Shown here: positions 57,497 to 64,000 of the stretch, piece by piece | Numbering within the stretch: position 1 is the stretch's first letter | How the letters are laid out: every line of letters starts with the position of its first letter | DNA from: Dehalococcoidia bacterium | GTDB taxonomy: Bacteria > Chloroflexota > Dehalococcoidia > Lucifugimonadales > UBA3495 | DNA length: 64,000 nt | Assembly: GCA_963668585.1 (NCBI GenBank) | Contig: OY764869.1 | Coordinates: forward strand, 1,867,106-1,931,105 | Direction: 5' to 3' | The notes under the pieces: generated by a model | Told to the model about the DNA's origin: nothing | Seen by the model: the letters and a program-made list of their open reading frames with translations, nothing else | Databases searched by the model: none | Translations under genes and position numbers: made by a program

Positions 57497-58585
57497 TTAG
57501 ACGTTGCGCAGCCTGGGGTCGAGGCGGTCGCGCAGCCAGTCGCCCAGCAGGTTCATGGACAGAACGGTCAAAACGATGGCCAAGCACGGGAACAGGAAAA
57601 TCCACCATGAACTGGTGATGACCTCCCGTCCGTCGGCGGCCATCAGTCCCCAGGCGGGTTGCGGCCGCGGAATACCGGCGCCCAGGAAACTCAACGTCGC
57701 CTCAAGGATGATGACGTGTCCTACTTCCAGGGTCGCCAGGACGATGACTGTATTGAACACGTTGGGGAATATGTGCCGGGCCATGATCCTGGTGTTGGAC
57801 GCCCCGGCCACCCTGGCGCGATCGATGAAGTCGCGTTCCTTGATCGACAGGGCTTCGCCGCGGACCACGCGAGCGTAGCGCGCCCACAGCAGCAGAGCGA
57901 TCACGATGACGACAGTGCTGAATCCCGACCCGATGGCCACGACCAGCGTCAGGGCCAAAAGGATCGAGGGGAAAGCCAGTTTGATGTCCACGATGCGCAT
58001 GAGCACCGCGTCAACCAGACCTCCTCTGAATGCCGCCAGCATCCCCAGCGCTGTTCCAAGGAAGCCGCCGAGCAGGATGGCAAGACACGAAACAGCCAGG
58101 GATATCCGCGCTCCGTGCATCAGTCGGCTGAGAACGTCGCGGCCCTGCTTGTCGGTGCCGAGGGGGTATTCCCAGTTGCCACCGGGCTCGACGCGCACCA
58201 TAGTTTCGCCGATGTCGGGCTGGCCGTTGCCGTTTGCGTCTATCAAGTTACCAGCGCCGCTGTCGAAGTTCCGGCGGGCATTGTTGATGCTTACTTCGGC
58301 GTTTTGGTCCCGGGCGCGTTGGACGATTTGTCGTTCCGTTGCGCGGTCAGGAACCCATCCGGGCGGTTCGAGGACCCGTTGGAGATCTCCGATGGTGTGG
58401 TCGTGCTGAGCCAACACGTCGGCAAAAGCGGCCGGCACGATCAGGAATATTATCAGCACCAGCAGGGGTATGACCGGGAACCGTCGGATTTCACGCCAGA
58501 CGTTGGAGGTTGTAAACCCTCCTTGTGCCGCCGTCGGGGCGGATTGATCTGCCTGTCCGCCAGGAGCGGTGGTTTGCACAGCCAT
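57497..58585 (-). CDS. ABC transporter permease (OppC/DppC-like), module 2
   Basis: Paralog of 53253-54338 (YPLGTDKQGRDVLSRLMHGARISL). Confidence 0.92.
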   Translation of the reverse strand: MAVQTTAPGGQADQSAPTAAQGGFTTSNVWREIRRFPVIPLLVLIIFLIVPAAFADVLAQHDHTIGDLQRVLEPPGWVPDRATERQIVQRARDQNAEVSINNARRNFDSGAGNLIDANGNGQPDIGETMVRVEPGGNWEYPLGTDKQGRDVLSRLMHGARISLAVSCLAILLGGFLGTALGMLAAFRGGLVDAVLMRIVDIKLAFPSILLALTLVVAIGSGFSTVVIVIALLLWARYARVVRGEALSIKERDFIDRARVAGASNTRIMARHIFPNVFNTVIVLATLEVGHVIILEATLSFLGAGIPRPQPAWGLMAADGREVITSSWWIFLFPCLAIVLTVLSMNLLGDWLRDRLDPRLRNV

Positions 58586-58608
58586 GAATCATTTCCCTCC
58601 GGCAATTC

Positions 58609-59526
58609 CTATCCGTAGCGGATGCGCGGGTCAACGTACGCGTAGGTTACGTCCGTGACGATGTTTATCGCCACGTACAACAACGCGAAGAGCATCACCA
58701 CGGCTTGTACGGTTATGTGGTCCTTGGAGTTGATGGCTTCGATCACCATCAGTCCGATTCCGGGCCACGCGAAGACCGTTTCAATCACCACTGAACCGGT
58801 GATCACCACGGCGAATATGAGGCTAAAGTAGGTCAGCGGTCCAATCAGGGCGTTGCGGAAACAGTGTTTCCACACGATTTTCCACTCTGGGATTCCCTTG
58901 ATTCGGGCCAGTTTGACGTACTCGGTATCCAGCACTTCAAGCATTGAGGAGCGCGTGAGGCGCATGATCGCCGCCACGTTGTAATACCCCAGCGCGAAGC
59001 CGGGCATCAGCATGTGCTTCAACCCGCCTTTTCCTGAGGTGGGCAGCCATCCCAGTTGCACGGCCAGGATCCACATCAGGATGAGGCCGACGGCGAAGGT
59101 CGGCGCAGATTGGCCAAGGATGGCGAACATCTTGCCCCCGGCATCGAACCAGGAGTCCTTTTTGACGGCTGAGAGCACCCCGATGGGGAAGGCAATCAAG
59201 CCGGTGATGATCAGCGCGAACGATGATAACTGAAGGGTTGCTGGGAGCCGTTCGGCGATGAGTTCGGCGACCGGGCGGTCCCACTTGAATGACGTTCCCA
59301 GGTCTCCGGTGAGGAGACGCTTCATGTAGGTGAAATATTGGACGTGGAGCGGTTTGTCCAGTCCCCACTGGGCCCGTATTCGCTCGATCTGCTCTTTGCC
59401 TGATTCCTCGTCCAGGATTGCCGCCAATGGATCGCCGGCAACCCGGGACAGGGAGAAAACGATCAGGCTGATCACGAAAACGGCCAGGAGTCCCTGTAAC
59501 AGCCGCAAGACAATGAAACGCTGCAT
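58609..59526 (-). CDS. ABC transporter permease (OppB/DppB-like), module 2
   Basis: Paralog of 54393-55313, sharing the blocks FAILGQSAPTFAVGLILMWI and MRLTRSSMLEVLDTEYVKLARIKG. Confidence 0.92.
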   Translation of the reverse strand: MQRFIVLRLLQGLLAVFVISLIVFSLSRVAGDPLAAILDEESGKEQIERIRAQWGLDKPLHVQYFTYMKRLLTGDLGTSFKWDRPVAELIAERLPATLQLSSFALIITGLIAFPIGVLSAVKKDSWFDAGGKMFAILGQSAPTFAVGLILMWILAVQLGWLPTSGKGGLKHMLMPGFALGYYNVAAIMRLTRSSMLEVLDTEYVKLARIKGIPEWKIVWKHCFRNALIGPLTYFSLIFAVVITGSVVIETVFAWPGIGLMVIEAINSKDHITVQAVVMLFALLYVAINIVTDVTYAYVDPRIRYG

Positions 59527-59571
59527 GATACCCGTTCCTAAAAAGCGTGCGTTCCCTCAGGTTGTCAGCAT

Positions 59572-59608
59572 CCCCGGCGTCCTGAAAACTTGGAGCAGGA
59601 CGCCGGGG
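59572..59608 (-). promoter_or_regulatory. Intra-operon hairpin between the binding-protein and permease genes (module 2)
   Basis: Perfect 13-bp stem CCCCGGCGTCCTG (59572-59584) / CAGGACGCCGGGG (59596-59608), located between the SBP stop (59636) and the permease start (59526). Confidence 0.6.
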
Positions 59609-59635
59609 TGGAATGTGCTAGGTATGAACCGTCTG

Positions 59636-61609
59636 CTATTCGCGCACGCCTTTCACGTGTTCGAGGTAGACGTAGTTTCCGTTGTTGGGGCCGAGGAAGA
59701 TGTACTCCGCGACCACTTCGGGGTCAACCACGGCGCTCACCGGCAGAGTCCAACCGGGGATGGTCCCCACTTCATAGAAGATTTCATCGGACACTTTCTG
59801 CCAGTCTGCGGTGGCGTCAGCTTCGTTGAGCGCCCGCAGCGCCTTGTTCTTGTTTTCCTGGATATCGTCGCTGGTGTAGGCCCGGAAGAACCGTTCCGCG
59901 CTGAAGTAGAAGTGCACGCGCGTGTCGATGGGGGCGGCCGGACCTCGGAACGGATAGATGCAGCAGTCGGTGTTCAGACCGCGGTATTCGTTCCGCCAGT
60001 TGGAGAATTCGACCGGATCAAGCGAGGGGTCCAGGCCGATCTTGGTCCACATTCCTGCCATGGCTTCCATCAGGTCGGGCTGTTCCGGGACACCGCTCAA
60101 TGGGAAGACCGGAATCCGGAAGGAGAAACCATTGGGGTAGCCCGCTTCGATCAGCAGATCCCTGGCTGCGGCTTCGTCGAATCCGTACAGTTCATCCCAA
60201 CTTGCCTCCCACTCAGGGTTGAAACCGGCGGGGAAGTCCGGCACCAGCGTGGCGACCCATTGGCGACCACCCGCGCCCTTGAAGATGGCCCTGTTTAGTT
60301 CGTCGCGGTCAAGGGCCTTGTTCATGGCCATGCGGACCAGTTTTCCAGTTTCGCCTGGTTCGTTCCACGGCATCATCTCGTCGCGGGATCCGACGATGTC
60401 GTAAGATTCGCGGTCTGCGGCCTGTTGCTCGGCAGACGCGGTTACGTCAACGCCCTTGGAGCCGGTGGCGAAATACATACCACCGAATATGGCAAAGGCG
60501 GTTTGCGCAGTTACTGAACTGTCAAACACCTCCAAGCCGTCGTCGATGGCATCCTGCAACAGTGCCCGGTTGATGGCGGCAATGTGGCCTTCACGGGCCT
60601 GCATGATGGCCAACCGGGTCGCCGGTTCGCGAACGTCCTTGATTTCGATTTCCGCGAATTCAGGGTTCACGCGCCAGTGATCATAGTCAATGCGCGACCA
60701 CTCCCATCCCACGCCTTCCTCAAAGCTGACGTACTCGTAAGGGCCAGTGCGGGAGGACTTTTCATAAACGAGGTCCCGGCTGGCTTTGCAGTAGTGCAAT
60801 GCTTCGCCTCCGTCGGCGGCGCCGAAATCGGCATCGCCGCCGGGGCAAGCCTGATTCCACTGGGCGGCGCTGCTGATGGGAACCCCACGGTAGCCGGAGA
60901 ACCAGTAGAGGAAGTCCACAGCGGGGCGCTTCTTCATATGTATGTTGACTTCGTAATCGTTTACGATTTCAACGTCACCGCCCGGGTCGGAACGGAAATA
61001 GTCTGAGTAGGACGCCCGGCATTCAGGGTTGGTGTAGTAAGCCAGCGAGTGTTTGACGTCCCTGGCCGTAAATTCACCCCAATCGTCATGCCACCGCACA
61101 CCCTGTCGGAGCTTGAAGTTCCAGGTCTTGCCGTCCGGCGTGATGCCCCATTCAGTGGCGAGCATCGGCTCATAGGAACCGTCGAACCGACCGGCGTCCA
61201 CCATAAACTCGGCAGACATGCGGTAGTTGACCACACCGGAGCCGGTGACTTCGCAGTCAAGCATGGACTCAAATGACGGTGGGTCCAGGACGGCGATCAA
61301 CCGATCGGTAACCAACTCGCCCTCTGTTTGCGGGGCAAGCGTTGGCCGCGGAGTGGCCTGGAGCACCGACGCTCGTTGCGTCGGCGTCGGAGCCAAGGTT
61401 GCGCCGGCCGGAATCGGCGTGTTGGTCGCGGCCGGAGCGGGAGTATTGACGGTTTCTGCCTGTTGTTGCTGCTGGGCAGGCTCCGCGGTCGCGACCGCCG
61501 AGTCGCCGCTTTCTTCAGCAGCGCCCCCGCACGCAATGATGACGGCGGAACCGGCCAACATTACGGCGAACGCTACTATGGGGAATCGGAATAATCGTCT
61601 ATACGCCAT
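59636..61609 (-). CDS. ABC transporter substrate-binding lipoprotein, family 5, module 2
   Basis: MAYRRLFRFPIVAFAVMLAGSAVIIACGG signal/lipobox after a GGAGGG RBS, a low-complexity linker, and a body collinear with 55428-57407. The track start at 61705 was trimmed. Confidence 0.9.
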   Translation of the reverse strand: MAYRRLFRFPIVAFAVMLAGSAVIIACGGAAEESGDSAVATAEPAQQQQQAETVNTPAPAATNTPIPAGATLAPTPTQRASVLQATPRPTLAPQTEGELVTDRLIAVLDPPSFESMLDCEVTGSGVVNYRMSAEFMVDAGRFDGSYEPMLATEWGITPDGKTWNFKLRQGVRWHDDWGEFTARDVKHSLAYYTNPECRASYSDYFRSDPGGDVEIVNDYEVNIHMKKRPAVDFLYWFSGYRGVPISSAAQWNQACPGGDADFGAADGGEALHYCKASRDLVYEKSSRTGPYEYVSFEEGVGWEWSRIDYDHWRVNPEFAEIEIKDVREPATRLAIMQAREGHIAAINRALLQDAIDDGLEVFDSSVTAQTAFAIFGGMYFATGSKGVDVTASAEQQAADRESYDIVGSRDEMMPWNEPGETGKLVRMAMNKALDRDELNRAIFKGAGGRQWVATLVPDFPAGFNPEWEASWDELYGFDEAAARDLLIEAGYPNGFSFRIPVFPLSGVPEQPDLMEAMAGMWTKIGLDPSLDPVEFSNWRNEYRGLNTDCCIYPFRGPAAPIDTRVHFYFSAERFFRAYTSDDIQENKNKALRALNEADATADWQKVSDEIFYEVGTIPGWTLPVSAVVDPEVVAEYIFLGPNNGNYVYLEHVKGVRE

Positions 61610-61932
61610 GGGCCCTCCGAAATGGTTATGTTGTGGTTGTTCCACCCGCGCAGTCTGGCGAATGTTGCGGCCGCCTAACTCCGCAGGTTTGCGCAATATA
61701 GGCAATTCGGGACAGCAGAGTCAATCGAAAATCATCTTTGTATCGTGCGCTGATTTCGTATTTCTTGACCCTGTTGATAACGATTTATTGATGTATCACA
61801 ACGAATATGGCGTATAACGCCGTGCCATGATGGCGGAACGACAATAACATTAAATCATGCCACCGAATGTATGATATGCACTGCGATGATATATCGTGAA
61901 TCGTGATAAACAACCTTCTCCAGGTTGGCAGG

Positions 61933-61966
61933 ATAAAGAAAACGGTGACGATATCCGCCACCGTTT
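61933..61966 (-). terminator. Rho-independent terminator of the LLM gene
   Basis: On the minus strand: AAACGGTG / loop / CACCGTTTT followed by CTTTAT. Plus-strand stem arms are at 61939-61947 and 61959-61966. Confidence 0.7.
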
Positions 61967-62079
61967 ACTATAAAATGCGCAAAATACGCAATGTTGCAAG
62001 CTATTTAAGCTGATTTGGTATCATGTTTCATGATGTGGCGGACGGCTCCGGTCGCGGCATTCAAAAACGCGTTGGCGGA

Positions 62080-62922
62080 TTACAGAACAGCTTCAGCGAT
62101 CCGGTCAAGTTCGTCCAGAGCGGCTGCAGTGGTGGTGTCTCCCAATCTGACGATCACCCGGTTTGCGCCGGCCGCTTCAAAACCGGCGATCAGGTCCCGG
62201 TCCGGTGGTTGGCCAAACACCGATATTGAGATGTCGGACGGGTCCCTGCCCGAGGCTTCGGCAAGTTCGTCGATTGCTGCGCGCCCCGCGGCGATCTGGT
62301 CAGGGCTGGCCGCAGTCGGCATCCATCCATCCCCCCACCTGGCCACCCGACGGAACACGTTTCGTGCGTTGCCGCCCAGAATCACCGGCGGGCCGCCTTT
62401 GCGAGCGGGTTTGGGATTGCATTGCACCAGGGGGAAATCATAATAGCGTCCGTGGTACTCGGCGGCGTCCTGAGTCCACAGGGCGCGCATGGCTTCAATG
62501 CTCTCCCTGGCCTGCGTCCACCGGTGGTCGAAATTGCCGCCCATGATCTCGGTTTCTTCACGAAGCCAACCGGTGCCTATCCCCAGCAGGAAACGTCCCT
62601 CACTGAAACGGTCCAGCGTGGCGATGGCTCCGGCGAGGATGAGCGGGTTCCTTTCCGGTATCAGTGTTATGCCGGTGCCCAGTTTTATTCTGTTGGTGAC
62701 TGCGGACGCGCGGGCCAGTCCGATGTACGGGTCCGCCATATCGCTCATGTAATCGGGTATGGAACCGTCGGGAGAACCGGGATACCTGGAAACTGGGTTG
62801 ACCGGCATCACCGGATGCTCCGGCAACCAGATCGACTCGAACCCCAGGGCTTCCGCCTTGGCTGCTATGTCCGCGACGTCAATAGAATTCGTAGAAATCG
62901 ACATATTGAGGCCGATGTCCAT
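62080..62922 (-). CDS. LLM class F420-dependent (or flavin-dependent) oxidoreductase
   Basis: MDIGLNM...AEALGFESIWLPEHP and GRFLLGIGTGW blocks. About 280 aa. Confidence 0.88.
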   Translation of the reverse strand: MDIGLNMSISTNSIDVADIAAKAEALGFESIWLPEHPVMPVNPVSRYPGSPDGSIPDYMSDMADPYIGLARASAVTNRIKLGTGITLIPERNPLILAGAIATLDRFSEGRFLLGIGTGWLREETEIMGGNFDHRWTQARESIEAMRALWTQDAAEYHGRYYDFPLVQCNPKPARKGGPPVILGGNARNVFRRVARWGDGWMPTAASPDQIAAGRAAIDELAEASGRDPSDISISVFGQPPDRDLIAGFEAAGANRVIVRLGDTTTAAALDELDRIAEAVL

Positions 62923-63110
62923 CGATAACCTCCCTTCGGGCATCCCGTGCCGGTGGTGTCCAATAATCTGCGGGATGATAGCACGGTGGGTTCCGCACTG
63001 TCATTGGCCGCGCTTCACGCCTCATGTCCCTGGCGAACCGACCTTTTGTCCCGACTCCGGGGCGCGGATGCTGCCGCGATGTTGTCCGTTCTACGGCGGC
63101 GTGGTGATGC

Positions 63111-63240
63111 AGGGTTTATCGATTGGCCTGGCGGCAGGCAATTGCTGTTGCCGGAACGATTCCCTGCTTACCGTCCGCTGATCCTGAGTCTGTCGAAGGA
63201 TGAGCGGACTACCTCGTTTATCGTCAACAATCGAATGACG
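63111..63240 (+). repeat. Copy D of the ~130-nt TIR-bearing repeat element, with an inverted hairpin core
   Basis: The flanks align with copies A and C in direct orientation. The core at 63175-63207 (CCGCTGATCCT / GAGTCTGTCGA / AGGATGAGCGG) matches the reverse complement of the copy A core at 30 of 33 positions. Confidence 0.75.
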
Positions 63241-63281
63241 CTGCGGTCAATGTGGGCCGCGAATCAGGCGCGCGCTCACGA

Positions 63282-63290
63282 TGCTATACT
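63282..63290 (+). promoter_or_regulatory. Extended -10 promoter candidate (TGcTATACT)
   Basis: TGCTATACT lies 41 nt upstream of ATG 63331. The hexamer starts 49 nt after the AATG anchor of copy D. Confidence 0.4.
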
Positions 63291-63330
63291 GAATCGGGTT
63301 CTTCCCATATCTTTTGTTCAGGTGCCCTCA

Positions 63331-63714
63331 ATGCCACTCTATGTAATGCTCGCAAATTACTCTGGACGGGGACGGCGCATGGGCCATGACAACCCCAATC
63401 TCCTCAGTGAGTCCGCCGCCGCCGTCGAAACCACCACCAGCAAGGTTCTAACCCAGTATGCCGTGTTGGGTCGCTACGACTTTGTGATTATCACCGAAGC
63501 GGTGGACAATCAATCCGCGGTCCGCCTTTCGCTTGAATTGGGTGTCCGCGCCGGGCTGAATATCGAGACGCTGCCGGCGCTGCCGATTGGTGTCCTCACC
63601 GACGAGGAGCACATCAGCCTGCTGAGAGATGCCGCCGTTGCGATGAATCTTCCGGCCAGTCCGGACGAAATCGCAGATAACGAGGATTGGCGGCTGCCCG
63701 ACGAACCCGATTAG
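63331..63714 (+). CDS. GYD domain-containing protein
   Basis: [12 protein letters not shown]...[27 protein letters not shown] matches the GYD-family pattern. The track ORF start at 62947 runs over the repeat element and was trimmed. Confidence 0.78.
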   Translation: MPLYVMLANYSGRGRRMGHDNPNLLSESAAAVETTTSKVLTQYAVLGRYDFVIITEAVDNQSAVRLSLELGVRAGLNIETLPALPIGVLTDEEHISLLRDAAVAMNLPASPDEIADNEDWRLPDEPD

Positions 63715-63741
63715 CGTCCACCCTGGCGACCGACGAACAAC

Positions 63742-64000
63742 ATGACAACCACTCGACCCCCAACTGTGATGACCGTTGCCGGCTCTGATTCCGGCGGAGG
63801 CGCCGGGATACAGGCGGATTTGAAAACCCTCTCGGCGCTGGGCGTATTCGGCACTTCAACCCTGACGGCCATAACCGCCCAGAACACGGTGGGCGTCACC
63901 GCAGTGCATGAGATACCCACCGACGTGATAGCAGCCCAGTTTGATGCGGTGGTGTCGGACATCGGCGCCGACGCGGTGAAGACCGGGATGCTGTCTTCGT
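63742..64000 (+). CDS. thiD: Hydroxymethylpyrimidine/phosphomethylpyrimidine kinase (5' part, truncated by the window end)
   Basis: My own translation from ATG 63742: [52 protein letters not shown]...AVKTGML, the canonical ThiD N-terminus. It is absent from the ORF track because no stop falls inside the window. Confidence 0.9.
   Translation, partial: MTTTRPPTVMTVAGSDSGGGAGIQADLKTLSALGVFGTSTLTAITAQNTVGVTAVHEIPTDVIAAQFDAVVSDIGADAVKTGMLSS

Noticed and set aside
62947-63330. N-terminal extensions of track ORFs across the repeat element (62947..63714 as a 255-aa protein, and 294..1385 as a 363-aa protein).
   Set aside because: The extensions translate the repeat elements and promoter regions into low-plausibility peptides. 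Recognisable domains begin at RBS-backed internal ATGs (63331 for the GYD protein, 447 for the dehydrogenase).
1-64000. Genome-wide TGA reassignment (code 4 or 25) as an explanation for the two in-frame TGAs.
   Set aside because: Many well-defined genes end at TGA at their expected lengths, for example at 8229-8231, 12856-12858, 44790-44792 and 48655-48657.
1-64000. A scan for tRNA (T-arm GGTTCGAATCC-like), rRNA, CRISPR repeats, and transposase/integrase or phage genes.
   Set aside because: Nothing was found. The few GGTTCAA/GGTTCGA strings lie inside coding regions or terminator loops without cloverleaf context. No regularly spaced direct repeats are present.

Overview
GC-rich, gene-dense chromosomal segment with about 50 protein-coding genes. 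I saw no rRNA, tRNA, CRISPR array, transposase or phage genes.

Content: housekeeping genes (gcvPA/gcvPB, glmS, thrB, aspartate kinase, folB, polA, thiE, thiD) are interleaved with a paralog-rich enzyme set. That set holds 3 full and 1 partial LLM/luciferase-like oxidoreductases, 3 amidohydrolase-2 enzymes, and SDR, Gfo/Idh/MocA, DAO-family, PPOX-class and dodecin genes. There is also a large HExxH/FN3 surface protein and a peptide-type ABC importer whose binding-protein and permease genes are duplicated in tandem. This gene mix suggests a marine Chloroflexota (SAR202-like) genome, but that is inference only.

Main observations:
1. Two otherwise intact genes each carry a single in-frame TGA followed 10 nt later by a small hairpin. 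One reads as a UGSC-family selenoprotein (UxxC motif). The other is an orphan NMT1/THI5-like binding-fold protein, which is either a new Sec site or a very fresh pseudogene.
2. A roughly 130-nt repeat element with terminal inverted repeats and a central hairpin occurs in three full copies plus one or two degenerate ones. Every copy is co-oriented with the downstream gene. The three full copies sit in a fixed ~50-nt register upstream of -10-like hexamers (TAGAAT or TATACT), and one copy has its hairpin core inverted.
3. Smaller context observations: yvcK(glmR)-glmS coupling, folB coupled to a tandem SagB-type protein, a membrane-protein gene inserted between gcvPA and gcvPB, a 1.1-kb stretch with no credible ORF, and strong hairpins after each ABC binding-protein gene.

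All family calls rest on motif recognition in the translated ORFs. No database search was possible.
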